From an uncultured Chloroflexia bacterium (lineage in GTDB: Bacteria; Chloroflexota; Limnocylindria; Limnocylindrales; CSP1-4): 64,000 nucleotides of DNA. Position numbers and translations under genes: made by a program. Position 1 is the first letter of the stretch. Each line of letters begins with the position of its first letter. The notes beneath the pieces are model-generated. The model saw only the letters and a program-made list of their open reading frames with translations, was not told where the DNA came from and did no database searches. The stretch is from assembly GCA_963741445.1 (NCBI GenBank), contig CAVUIE010000006.1:15926-79925 (forward strand), given 5' to 3'. This document shows positions 1-10,424 of this stretch, piece after piece.

Positions 1-1300
1 GAGGTAGTGCTGGCCGGGCTCGTTGGTGCGGATCGCGTCGATCGCCTGGCCGTTCTCGGACAGGTCGACGCCCTTGACGAAGACCGCGGCCATCCCGCAC
101 TGGTCGGCGTCGAGGATGAACTTCTCGTAGCCGACGGTGAGCCCGCCCTCGAGCCAGCCGGCCGCGTGGAGGACGAAGTTGACGCCGCCGAGGATCGTGG
201 CGTTGAAGGTGGCCGCCGACTCGTAGGCGGCCTGCGCGTCGGCGATCTTCGAGGCGCACAGGTTGCCGCCGGAGCGGAACGGGACGCCGAGCCGGCGCGC
301 GAGCGAGGCCATCACGTAGAGCACGCAGCGACGGCTCCGGCGTGCCGAACGTCGGCGCGCCCGGACTGCATCGAGATCGAGCGAGGCGAAGGAGCCGAGC
401 ACGACCGGCGCGCCCGGCCGGACCAGCTGCACGAACGCCATCCCGCCGAGCGCCTCGGCGAGCGTCTGGGTCGCGGCGCCGGCGACGGTCACCGGCGACA
501 TCGCGCCGGCCAGGATGAACGGCGTCAGGAGCGTCGCCTGGTTGGCCTCGGCGTAGGCCTGCGCCGCGCCGAGCATCACGCCGTCCCAGACCAGCGGCGA
601 GTTGGCGTTGATCAGGCTCAGGACGACGGGATGGTCCTCGAGGTACGGCGCGCCGAACAGGATCCGCGCCATCTCGACGGTGTCGCGGGCGCGCTCCGGG
701 GCCGTCACCGAGCCCATGAACGGCTTGTCGCTGTAGCGCATGTGGGCGTAGACCATGTCGAGGTGCCGCTTGTTGACGGGCACGTCGACCGGCTCGCAGA
801 CCGTCCCGCCCGAGTGGTGGAGGTGCGGGCTCATGTAGGTCAGCTTCACGAGGTTGCGGAAGTCCTCGATGGTGCCGTAGCGCCGGCCGCGGTCGAGGTC
901 GCGCACGAACGGCGAGCCGTAGTTCGGGCGCGAGGACCGTGTGCATGCCGCCGATCTCGACGTTCCGCTCCGGGTTGCGCGCGTACTGCGTGAACTGGCG
1001 CGGCGCGGTCGCCTGGACGATCGAGCGCGCGAGCCCGCGCGGGAAGCGGACGCGCTCGCCGGTCACGTCGGCGCCGGCCTCGCGGAAGAGCCGCAGGGCG
1101 TCGTCGTTGCCGCGGAACTCGAGGCCGACCTCCTGGAGGACCGTGTCCGCGTTGTACTCGATGAGCGACAGGCCCTCCTCGTCGAGGACCTCGAACGGGG
1201 TCAGCGTCCGGGTCAGGAACGGCACGTGCTCGGCGTGCGCGAGGAGTCGGGCGGCCTGCCGGGCGGCTCGACCGCCGCTGCGCCGTCGCGGTTCGTCCAT
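1..1300 (-). CDS. mttB: Trimethylamine/quaternary-amine:corrinoid methyltransferase (MttB superfamily, non-pyrrolysine); 3' end runs off the window; frameshifted
   Basis: Manual minus-strand translation from ATG at 1300: MDEPRRRSGGRAAR...GGTVCEPVDVPVNKRHLD...SDKPFMGS...INANSPL...TPFILAGAMSPVT...GVPFRSGGNLCASKIADAQAAYES...LHAAGWLEGGL. Confidence 0.9.
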   Translation of the reverse strand, partial: MDEPRRRSGGRAARQAARLLAHAEHVPFLTRTLTPFEVLDEEGLSLIEYNADTVLQEVGLEFRGNDDALRLFREAGADVTGERVRFPRGLARSIVQATAPRQFTQYARNPERNVEIGGMHTVLAPELRLAVRARPRPRPALRHHRGLPQPREADLHEPAPPPLGRDGLRAGRRARQQAAPRHGLRPHALQRQAVHGLGDGPGARPRHRRDGADPVRRAVPRGPSRRPEPDQRQLAAGLGRRDARRGAGLRRGQPGDAPDAVHPGRRDVAGDRRRRRDPDARRGARRDGVRAAGPAGRAGRARLLRLARSRCSPGAPTFGTPEPSLRALRDGLARAPARRPVPLRRQPVRLEDRRRAGRLRVGGHLQRHDPRRRQLRPPRGRLARGRAHRRLREVHPRRRPVRDGRGLRQGRRPVRERPGDRRDPHQRARPALP

Positions 1301-3351
1301 CTAGTCGCCCTCCGGGGTTCCGACCGCGACCGCGCGGCGCCGACGTCGTTCCGGGCGGCCGTCCGCGCCGGTGGCCCGCTCGGCCCTGGGTGGCAGCGTC
1401 ACGACCGCACCGAGGTGCGGGAACGCCGCCGTCTTGTGGGGGAAGGCCATCGCCTCCACGAAGTGCTCCTGGAACCGCGGCTCGACCGCGGTCTCGATCT
1501 TCTCGACGCGCCGGACGACGCCCTCGATCTCGCGCCGCGCGGCGCCGCGACAGCAGCGCGATGAGCGCCCCGGTCCCGGCGGCGTTGCCGGCCGACTTCA
1601 CGTTCGCGAGGTCGCAGTCGGGGACGAGCCCCAGGATCATCGCGTGGATCGGGTCGATCTGGCTGCCGAACGCGCCGGCGAGGCGGATCTCGTCCACCGC
1701 GTCGATCTCGAGCTGGTCCATCAGCAGCCGGACGCCGGCGTAGAGCGCGGCCTTGGCGAGCTGGATGGCGCGGACGTCGTTCTGGGTGATGACGATGCGC
1801 GGGCCGCCGGCGACGCCCTCGTGGAGGACGTACCCGGAGGTCCGGCCGTCCGCGACGATGCGCGGCGAGCGCGCGGCGAGCGTCCCGTCGACCACGCCGT
1901 CCTCGGTGATGACGCCGGCGAGGAACAGCTCGGCGACGACCTCGATGATCCCCGAGCCGCAGATGCCGGTGATCCCGGTCTCGGCGACGCCGGCCTCGAA
2001 CGCCGGCTCGTCGGACCAGGCGTCCACGCCGATGACCCGGATCCGCGGCTCGAGCGTCTCGCGGTCGATGCGGACGCGCTCGATGGCGCCGGGCGCGGCG
2101 CGCTGCCCGCCGGAGATCTGGGCGCCCTCGAAGGCAGGGCCGGTCGGGCTCGATGCCGCGAGGAGCCGGTGCTTGTCGCCGAGGACGATCTCGGCGTTCG
2201 TGCCCACGTCGACGACCAGCGTCATCCGCTCGGCCTGGTGCGGCTGCTCGGCGAGGATCACCCCGGCGGTGTCCGCCCCGACGTGGCCGGCGATGCACGG
2301 CAGCAGGTACACGCGGGCGCCCGGGTGGGCGCGCAGGCCGAGCTCCGCGGTCGTGGTCTTGACGGCACGGTCCGTGGCGAGCGCGAACGGCGCGCCGCCC
2401 AGCGGCGTCGGGTCGATGCCGAGGACCAGGTGGTGCATGATCGGGTTGCCGACGATCGCGAGCTCGAGGATCTCCGCCCGCTTGATCCCCGCCCGCATCG
2501 CGAGCGTGGCGATCAGCCCGTCGAGCGCCTTGCGCACGGCCGCGGTCATCTCGCCGGCGCCCTCGGGATGCATCATCGCGTACGAGACGCGGCTCATCAG
2601 GTCCTCGCCGAAGCGGATCTGCGGGTTCATCACGCCGTTGCTCGCGAGGACCGAGCCGTCGGCGAGGTCGGCGAGGTGGCCGGCGATGGTGGTGGAGCCC
2701 GACGTCGATCGCGACGCCGTACGCCTTGTCGTGGAGGCCCGGCCAGACGCCGATGACCTGGCGCCCCTCGTGGACCGCGACGGTGACCCGGTACTTCCCG
2801 GCCTCCAGCGCGGGCTGGAGCGCGCGGACGACCTCGAGGTCCGCCTCGAGGTCGGTCAGCTGCCACTCGCGCTCGAGCGCCTCGAACAGGCGCGCGAGGT
2901 CGCCGGTCGGCGAGGCCAGCTCGGGCGGCACGACCTCGACGTAGTGGAGCCGGACGACCGGGTCGACCGTGAAGGTGCGGACGTCGAGGCCCTTGCGGAC
3001 CACCTGGCGGTGGACCTGGCTCTCGGGCGGGACGTCGACGAGGACGTCGCCGCAGACCGTGGCCGTGCAGGACAGCCGCCGGTCGGCGGCGAGGCCCTTC
3101 TCCTCGCGGTACGCCGTCTCGAGCTCGGCGAACGGCGAGAGGTTGCCGGGCGAGGACGTGATCCCGTGCTTGGGGAACTCGCCGAGGCCCTGGGTCACCT
3201 GGCAGCGGCCGCAGATGCCGCGGCCGCCGCAGACCGAGTCGATGTCGACGCCGAGCGAGCGCGCCGCGTCGAGGACGGTGGTGCCGGTCGGGAAGTGCCC
3301 GCGGCGGCCCGACGGCGTGAAGATGACGAGCGGCTCGGCCTCGGCCGTCAC
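1301..3351 (-). CDS. ASKHA-domain ATP-dependent corrinoid reductive activator (RACE/DUF4445 type) with N-terminal 2Fe-2S ferredoxin; frameshifted
   Basis: CGGRGICGRC ferredoxin motif, RLSC, NPQIRFGEDLMSRV, VGAD, DVGTNAE, GPAFEG, GICGSG, LAGAFG; the TAG abuts the mttB ATG. Confidence 0.88.
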
Positions 3352-3364
3352 GGTGGTCGGTGCC

Positions 3365-4267
3365 TCAGCCCGCCGCGACCGCGCGCCGGTTGACGCGTCG
3401 GCGGCTGACCTCGCCCTCGGGCACGGCCGGGCGATGGGCGAGGATCCAGCGGCCGCAGTCGGGGTCGTGGCCCATCAGCACGTCCGCGGCCATCACCGAG
3501 GCCTTGACCTCGGGCATCAGCGGGTTGGTGATCGCCGAGGTCATGCCGCTCGCGATCGCCATCGGCAGGAAGGCGGCGTTGATGCCCTCGCGCTGCGGGA
3601 GGCCGAAGCTGACGTTCGACGCGCCACAGGTCGTGTTGACGCCGAGCTCCTCGCGCAGTCGCCGAACGAGCGTGAAGACCTGGCGGCCGGCCTCGGCGAG
3701 CGCGCCGATGGGCATGACCAGCGGGTCCACGACGATGTCCGAGGCGGGGATGCCGTGGTCCGCGGCGCGCTCCACGATCCGCTTCGCGACCGCGAACCGG
3801 ACGTCCGGGTCCATGCTGATCCCGGTGTCGTCGTTGCTGATCGCGACGACCGCCGCGCCGTACCTGCGGACGAGCGGCAGGACGCGCTCGAGGCGCTCCT
3901 CCTCGCCGGTGACCGAGTTCACCAGCGGCTTGCCCTGGTAGACCGAGAGCCCGGCCTCGAGCGCCTCGACGATCGAGGAATCGATCGAGAGCGGCAGGTC
4001 GGTCAGCGACTGGACGAGCTGGATGGTCTTCGCGAGGATCGCCGGCTCGTCGGCGAGCGGGATCCCGGCGTTGACGTCGAGCATGTGGGCGCCGGCCTCG
4101 ACCTGGGCCAGGACGTCGCGCTCGACGCGGCTGAAGTCGCCGGCCTTCATCTCCTCGGCCAGGAGCTTGCGGCCGGTCGGGTTGATGCGCTCGCCGATGA
4201 TCACGAACGGCCGCTCGAAGCCGATCACGACCTCGCGGGTCGCGGAGGAGAGGACGGTGTCGGTCAC
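3365..4267 (-). CDS. Methylcorrinoid:tetrahydrofolate methyltransferase (pterin-binding, MetH/AcsE-like domain)
   Basis: IIGERINPTGRK, LDVNAG, SIDSS, LVNSV, VDPLV, GASNVSFGLP; GGAG upstream of a GTG at 4267. Confidence 0.88.
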   Translation of the reverse strand: MTDTVLSSATREVVIGFERPFVIIGERINPTGRKLLAEEMKAGDFSRVERDVLAQVEAGAHMLDVNAGIPLADEPAILAKTIQLVQSLTDLPLSIDSSIVEALEAGLSVYQGKPLVNSVTGEEERLERVLPLVRRYGAAVVAISNDDTGISMDPDVRFAVAKRIVERAADHGIPASDIVVDPLVMPIGALAEAGRQVFTLVRRLREELGVNTTCGASNVSFGLPQREGINAAFLPMAIASGMTSAITNPLMPEVKASVMAADVLMGHDPDCGRWILAHRPAVPEGEVSRRRVNRRAVAAG

Positions 4268-4621
4268 TGGGCCATCTCCGACTTGCGCGGGATCGGCGTC
4301 TCGTGGGCGGGCGGCGAGGGCCGGGCCGCCGGAGACGCCGCCGCTCTGGATCAGCTCGGCGAGCCGGTGCTTGTCGAAGGCGGCCTCGAGGCGCTCAGCC
4401 TCGGCGGTCACCTCGGTCTCGATGTCGTCGCCGCAGCGGCGCTGCTCGCGGCGCCATTCCTCGATGTAGTCGTTGTAGGCGCTCTTGCCGGCGCGCGCGG
4501 CCGCCTTGTCGATGGCGACCTGGAAGCGCGGATGGAGGACCTGCTTGCTCTGGCGACGGCCCTCGCGGGCGAGCACCTGCGCGGGGATGTCGCGCCACCA
4601 GATCACGGTCATCATGCCCAT
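4264..4621 (-). CDS. 'Virulence factor' domain (PF13769-like) protein; in frame with the downstream methyltransferase as sequenced
   Basis: VIWWRDIPAQV...LHPRFQVAIDKAA...YIEEWRR matches this family as I recall it. Confidence 0.7.
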
Positions 4622-4630
4622 CTCGGCCCC

Positions 4631-5240
4631 TCAGGCGACAGCGCTACGGATGGTCGGGGTCAGCTCGCCGTAGCCCGTCGAGCGGCGCTCGAAGGCGAGC
4701 CCGAGGCGTGCCGCGGCGGCCTCCGCCTTCGCGGTCAGCTCGGGGTCGTCGGTCTGCGCGAGGTAGACCAGCCGACGATAGCTCCCGAAGTAGTCGGGGA
4801 GCAGCTCGGGATGCCGGTCGAGCCCGAGGCCGGCCATCACGATCGTGTCGAACTGGCGGGCGAGGAAGTCGGTCAGGTAGAAGGTGCCGAGCTCCTCTTC
4901 CTGCATCGCGGCGAAGGCCGCCGAGCCGGCGTAGAACTCGTAGCAGTGCGCGCCCGGCGATCCGCTCCACGCCTTCGCGCTCGATGACCGCGTCGAGCGC
5001 GCCGCCCGTACCGCAGTCCGCGTAGGCGACGAAGAGGCGGATGTCCGGGCCGTAGGTCGCGCGGGTCTCGGCGATGCGGGCCGCGACCGCGTCGGCGATG
5101 AGCGCCGGGCGCATGTGCAGCCGGGCGTCGATGCAGACGACCTTGACCCCGGGCAGGTCGCTGGTCAGCGCGAGGAGCTCGCGCGCGAGCGCGCCACAGC
5201 CGATGACGACGACGCGCGGCGCCTCGGTGAGACAGTCGGA
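4631..5240 (-). CDS. DUF1638 domain protein; frameshifted, start unresolved
   Basis: [10 protein letters not shown]...ARLHMRP...[11 protein letters not shown]...HCYEF...[14 protein letters not shown]...[10 protein letters not shown]...[10 protein letters not shown]. Confidence 0.8.
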
Positions 5241-5318
5241 CTGCTAGCGGGCCTGCTATGAGTCGCGTCACTCACCGAGGTCCGAGGCGGAGCTCCGCGA
5301 CGCCATCGGCCCGAGGTT

Positions 5319-6020
5319 TCAGGCGACGCGGGCACGGCGTTCGTCGATCAGGCGCCGGGCCGTCTCGGCGGCCACGCCGGCATCGCGGCAGTAGGCGTCC
5401 GCGCCGACCGCCATCCCGAACTCCTCGTTGAGCGGGGCGCCGCCGACCAGCACGATGTAGTCCTCGCGCCAGCCACGGTCCTTGAGCGTCTGGATGACGA
5501 CCTTCATGTACGGCATCGTGGTCGTCAGGAGCGCCGACATCCCGAGGATGTCCGGGTGGTGCTCCTCGAGCGCGGCCATGAACTTGTCGGCGTCGGTGTT
5601 GATGCCGAGGTCGAAGACCTCGAAGCCGGCACCCTCGAGCATCATCCCGACCAGGTTCTTGCCGATGTCGTGGATGTCACCCTTGACCGTGCCGATCACG
5701 ACCTTGCCGACCGGCTCGGCGCCGGTCTCGGCGAGGAGCGGGCGCAGGATCGCCATGCCGGCCTTCATCGCGTTGGCGGCGAGCAGGACCTCCGGCACGA
5801 ACAGGATGCCGTCGCGGAAGTCGATGCCGACGATCTTCATGCCCGCGACGAGCGCGTCGTCGAGGACCTTCGTGGCGGAGAAGCCGCGCCCGAGCAGGAT
5901 GTTCGTCCCCTCGACGATCTCGTCCTTCATCCCGTCGTACAGGTCGTTGTGCATCTGCTCGACGAGCTCGTCGTCGGACAACGCCGCGAGGTCGATCTCC
6001 GCGTACTCGTCCTGGGTCAT
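5319..6020 (-). CDS. Corrinoid (B12-binding) methyltransferase cognate protein
   Basis: Intact ORF; cap domain FVPEVLLAA, then GDIHDIGKNLV (DxHxxG), SALLTTT, GGAP. Confidence 0.95.
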   Translation of the reverse strand: MTQDEYAEIDLAALSDDELVEQMHNDLYDGMKDEIVEGTNILLGRGFSATKVLDDALVAGMKIVGIDFRDGILFVPEVLLAANAMKAGMAILRPLLAETGAEPVGKVVIGTVKGDIHDIGKNLVGMMLEGAGFEVFDLGINTDADKFMAALEEHHPDILGMSALLTTTMPYMKVVIQTLKDRGWREDYIVLVGGAPLNEEFGMAVGADAYCRDAGVAAETARRLIDERRARVA

Positions 6021-6074
6021 CGGTGTCGCTCCGTCGCGTGTCGTGCCGGATCGTGGTCTGGTCTGAGGGTTGGG

Positions 6075-6111
6075 GGTTCCACGATGTGGAACCGTACCGT
6101 ATGATGGAACC
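6075..6111. promoter_or_regulatory. Tandem palindromic operator, probably for the adjacent IclR regulator
   Basis: Perfect GGTTCCAC-GAT-GTGGAACC (6075-6093) followed by a degenerate copy GTACCGTATGATGGAAC (6094-6110), between divergent genes. Confidence 0.65.
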
Positions 6112-6142
6112 GCGACCCGGAATTTAGCCGACAGGGAGGTCC

Positions 6143-6893
6143 ATGTCCAGCGTCCAGGCCATCAGGCGGGCATTCGACGTGCTGGGCGCGCTCGCGGCCG
6201 GTCCGCTCGGCGTGACCGAGGTCGCGGATCGCTCCGGGCTACCCAAGTCCACCGCGGCCCGGATGCTGGCGACGCTGGTCCACGAGGGCGCCGTCGAGCA
6301 GGTGCCGGGCGACTCGCGCTACCGGCTGGGACCGCGGATGGCGACCCTTGCCGCGGGGCTCACGCCGGCCCGGTCGCTGGCGGCCGTGGCCCATGCCACC
6401 CTCGCGGCGCTCGCGGCGTCGGCGGGCGAGGCGGCCGGCCTGTCCGTCCCGGACGGCGACCTCGTCCACTACATCGACCAGGTCGACACCCCCAATCCCG
6501 TCTCGGTCCGCGACTGGACCGGGAGCCGGGTGCCGCTCCACGCCGTCTCGTCCGGCCAGGTGCTGCTGGCGTTCCGGCCACCGGCCGCGGTCGAGCGGTA
6601 TCTCGAGCGACCGCTCGAGCGGTTCACGCCGCGGACCGTCGTGGACCCGGAGGCGCTGCGCGAGCGACTGCGTGAGATCCGCCGCGATGGGTACGCCTGG
6701 GTCCTCGAGGAGTTCGACGAGGGGATCGCGTCCGTGGCGGCGCCGATCGCCGACGGGTCCGGCGAGGTCATCGCCGCGGTCCATCTCCACGGGCCGTCGT
6801 ACCGCTTCCCGTCGGACGGCACCGCGGAGGCCGTCGCAGAGAGCCGTGGTCGGCAGCGCGGCCCGGATCGCCAGGAGCCTGCGCCGGACGTAG
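6143..6893 (+). CDS. IclR family transcriptional regulator; frameshift near the 3' end
   Basis: SVQAIRRAFDVL, GLPKSTAARML HTH, PLHAVSSGQVLLA, GYAWVLEE...GIASVAAPI; GGAGG RBS. Confidence 0.93.
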
Positions 6894-7322
6894 TCCTGTC
6901 GCGCCGGTGCGTGGCGCCGGCCTGTGGCGCCTGGCGACCCGGCACAACTGTCACCCACAGAACGCTTTGGCCGATACCGCGCCGATCCCCCGGCGTTGGA
7001 GCCGGTCCGGGTGGACGGTGAGGGCCGCACAAGCACGAACGCGCGCCACTGCCGGTTCGGATGGAGGCCCCGAAGCCCCGGGATCGGCCATAGCGGTCCA
7101 GGGGCGGGAATTGGGCCAGGTTGTGTCAGACGCCGCACGTTGTCGCGGGTGTCGGGCCCCGAGGACCCGCCCGGACAGGCGGACCGCGCCGCGCAACCCG
7201 AGACATCGCCTTCATCCGCTCTTCACGGCGCCGACGGCATCCTGTGGCCACGCCGCGAACCCACGCGGTCCAGCATTCCGTCCCCGCGCTCACCGCGGGG
7301 TTCTGGCAGGAAGGAGTTCGTC

Positions 7323-7868
7323 TTGGCGAACCACCGACGCCGCTCACTCGCCGCCAGTCTGCTCGTCTTGAGCGGACTGACCGCCGCCCTCGTCGGGCCG
7401 GCGGCCACCTTCGCCGCCTCGCCCGACGCGACGACCGCGACGACGGCCTGCAGCGAGACCCATTGGCCGGTCTCCGTGCAGGGGAAGCCCTTGACCCTCA
7501 AGACGGGCGCCAGGGCCGGCGACTACCTCTGGCACGACTCCACCGGGTGGCACCTGCGCGTGACGCACCCCGGGTCGGCCAAGGTCACCTTCACCGGGCG
7601 CATCGTCTCGAGCGCGCCGATGACCTTCAAGCCGGCGCGACTCGAGAAGGGCGACACGATCACCCTGAGCGCCGACAAGAAGACGCTGACCTACAAGTTC
7701 TACAACTACGGCAAGATCGACGGTGTCGACTTCAAGACCGCCTGCGCGCAGCGCCTGTCGATCGCCGCTGCGATCAACGGCCACAAGCTCGCGCCGAGCC
7801 GGATCTGGCTCGGCCGGCACGGGCGGCATCCGCTCGAGAACCGGTTCGTGGTCGTCAAGATCGCGTGA
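7323..7868 (+). CDS. Hypothetical secreted protein
   Basis: AAGGAG RBS, TTG start, signal peptide ending ATFA, Lys-rich beta-like body (GDYLWHDSTGWHLRV). Confidence 0.7.
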   Translation: MANHRRRSLAASLLVLSGLTAALVGPAATFAASPDATTATTACSETHWPVSVQGKPLTLKTGARAGDYLWHDSTGWHLRVTHPGSAKVTFTGRIVSSAPMTFKPARLEKGDTITLSADKKTLTYKFYNYGKIDGVDFKTACAQRLSIAAAINGHKLAPSRIWLGRHGRHPLENRFVVVKIA

Positions 7869-7891
7869 TCCAGACCTGACCCGGGGACATC

Positions 7892-7921
7892 ACGGCGGCG
7901 GTCGGCGACGACCGCCGCCGT
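7892..7921. terminator. GC-rich hairpin between convergent genes
   Basis: ACGGCGGCGGTCG-GCGA-CGACCGCCGCCGT, 13-bp stem with GNRA loop. Confidence 0.6.
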
Positions 7922-7988
7922 CGCATGTCTGCGAGGTCCGGGGTCGTGAGCCCAGCCGGACCGGGCTCGGCCAGCGCGATCACGAACC

Positions 7989-8695
7989 TCAGCCGGAGCG
8001 GGCGACGGCCTCCACCGGCTGCATGCGATGCTCGGCGATGAGCGTCTGGGCGTCGAACTGTCCGCGCCCCAGCACGAACCAGATCGCGGTGACCGGCACC
8101 TCGCCGATGTTCGCGAGGCGATGCGGGATCGTCGAGTTGATCGAGATCGCGTCACCCGGCCCCAGGACGAACTCCTCGAACCCGATCCGCACCTGGAGCG
8201 TGCCGGTCAGCACGTAGCCCCATTCGTGCCCGGCATGGCGTTGGAAGGCATCCTCCGGGCTCGATGCCCCGCCGACCTCGTAGGTCACGTGCAGGAACTC
8301 GATCCCCGGCTCGGACATCGTGGTCAGGCGCTCCCAGAGCACGCCGGACGCGAGGCGGATCGGTGCCGGTCGTCCGCGCGCTGCAGCGGCGCCCCGGTCG
8401 CCATCGTGCCGACGGCCCCGGCCTGGGTCGGCGGCGGGACGGTCTCGGCCGGCCGGCGCTCGTTGAAGAGCAGCTCGTCGAGCGAGACGTCCAGCTCGCC
8501 GGCGATCGCGTACAGCGTGCTGACCGACGGGTTCGCCCGCCCCGTCTCGATCTGCGAGATCAGGCTCGGGGAGACGCCCAGCCGGTCGGCCAGCTCGCGC
8601 AGGCTGAGCCCGCGGCCGCGGCGCGCCTCGCGCAGCGCGTCGCCCATCTCGGGGTGGTCCAGCTTGCCGTTGCGGGGAGTTCGAACCGTGGTCAA
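7989..8695 (-). CDS. XRE-family HTH regulator with C-terminal cupin domain; frameshifted
   Basis: LREARRGRGLSLRELADRLGVSPSLISQIETGRANPSV; RHAGHEWGYVLTG...GDAISINSTIPHRLAN. Confidence 0.9.
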
Positions 8696-8780
8696 ACGCC
8701 TGCGTCCTTCGATCCTGGTCTGCGCCCGTTGTGCCAGATTATCCGCGTCGGCCGGGCCTGCCGCCGATCCGGTCGCCGGC

Positions 8781-9488
8781 CTACCGGCAGTGCCACCCGC
8801 CGTCGACGATGAGGTCGACGCCGTTGACGCCGGTGTTCTCCAGCAGGAACACGGTGGCATCGACGATCTCGGCCATCGTCGCGAGGCGGGCGATGGGGGT
8901 CTCCGAGGTGTACTTGGCGATGGCGGCCGGCTTCTCGGACCAGTACGGGCTGTCGCCGACGACGCCCGGATGGATCGAGTTGACGCGGTGCGGCCTGAGC
9001 TCCTCGACCAGCGTCCTGGTCAGGCCGACGACCCCGCCGTTGACGGTCGTGACCGTGGTCGAGCCCGGATACGGGCGCTCCTTGGCCATCCCGCCGAAGA
9101 GCACCAGCGAGGCGTCGTCGGTCAACCGGTCGCGGAGCGTGTGGACGACCTCCGTGTAGCCGACGAGCTTGAGCGTGACCAGGCGGATCGCCCGGACGAG
9201 GTCGTAGTCGGCGACGGTGTTCTGGTCGCGGTCGATGGCCGCCAGGACGAGGCGGCGGACCGGCCCGACATCGGCGAGCGCGGCCGCGATCGAGGTCGGC
9301 TCCGCGAGATCGAAGGTGCGCCCCGTCGTCGAACCGCCGACCTCGGCGACCGCGCTCGCCACGTTCGCGGGGTCTCGCCCAGTGAGGACGACCGTGTCGC
9401 CCTGCGACGCGTAGTGCCGGACGATCTCCTGGCCGATCGCCCTGGTGCCGCCGACGACGACCACCGCTCCCTGGGATGCCTGGCTCAC
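8781..9488 (-). CDS. SDR family oxidoreductase (atypical active site)
   Basis: VVGGTRAIG Rossmann motif, RVNSIHPG, NGVDLIVDGG; no clear YxxxK. Confidence 0.85.
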   Translation of the reverse strand: MSQASQGAVVVVGGTRAIGQEIVRHYASQGDTVVLTGRDPANVASAVAEVGGSTTGRTFDLAEPTSIAAALADVGPVRRLVLAAIDRDQNTVADYDLVRAIRLVTLKLVGYTEVVHTLRDRLTDDASLVLFGGMAKERPYPGSTTVTTVNGGVVGLTRTLVEELRPHRVNSIHPGVVGDSPYWSEKPAAIAKYTSETPIARLATMAEIVDATVFLLENTGVNGVDLIVDGGWHCR

Positions 9489-10408
9489 GATCGCTCCTCC
9501 GTTCTGCTGGTCTCGTAGCGCTCCCAGTCGCGGACCCAGCGATAGGAGTGGCGCGCCGGCGGTTGCGGGGCCTGGGTCTCGATCCAGCGGACCCGCTCGT
9601 CGCCGGTGTTGTAGAAGCCGTGGACCGAGCCGGTGGGGGCGAACGCGAAATCACCGGGTCGGAAGGTGTAGTGCTGGCCGTCGAACTCGCCCTCGACCTC
9701 GCCGGCGAGGAAGACGTACGCCTCCTCGAACGGGTGGTCGTGCGCCTGGGCGGCGCCGCCCAGCTCGTAGTCGACGGTGAACATCGTCACGTGGTCGGCG
9801 CCGAACTGGTGGTCGACCAGCATCTTCACGGAGATGCCGCTGTAGACGACCAGCGCGGTGTCGCGGCCGGCGGAGGCGCGGCCACGCGCCATCGTCCTTG
9901 ATGCGCAGCGTCTCCAGCTGCGGGCCGGTGCCGTCGTAGTGGCCGACCAGGCGGAGCGTCGGGTCGCCGAACGGCGGACGGATCGCGACCGCGTCCATCG
10001 CGGCGAGGTCCTGCGCCGGCTCGAAGAACGTGTCCTTGCGACCGGCGTCGGGGCCGAGTCGCATCGGCGATGAGAGCGACAGCATCCGGATCGGGCGCCG
10101 GCTGCTGTTGCCCGAGCGCGTGGCGGTAGCCGGTCGGCATCAGCGAGTAGTCGCCCGCGGTGAGGCGATGCACCGTCCCGGCGAGCTCGAGCAGCAGCTC
10201 GCCCTCGAGGATGTAGAGCGATTCCTCGAAGCTGTGGACGTGCGGTGCGAGCCAGCCGCCCGGCTGGATCACCGCGACCGCGAGGTCCGTGTGGACCGCG
10301 CCCTGCTCGGGACCGACGATGCGAACGCGCGCCACCCCGGACGAGATGGCGCTGTCAGGCGCCGGGTGATCGGCGAACGACCAGTCGATGTGGCCGACGT
10401 GAGTGCAT
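9485..10408 (-). CDS. Bicupin protein; frameshifted
   Basis: Two cupin metal motifs: PHVHSFEESLYILEG...RHA and AHDHPFEEAYVFLAG...VHGF. Confidence 0.85.
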
Positions 10409-10424
10409 GCCGCGCTGACTCCCG

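Noticed and set aside
6894-7322. Cobalamin riboswitch near the B12 cluster (GCCACTG and GGGAA words present)
   Set aside because: The elements are in the wrong order and context, and the downstream gene shows no link to B12.
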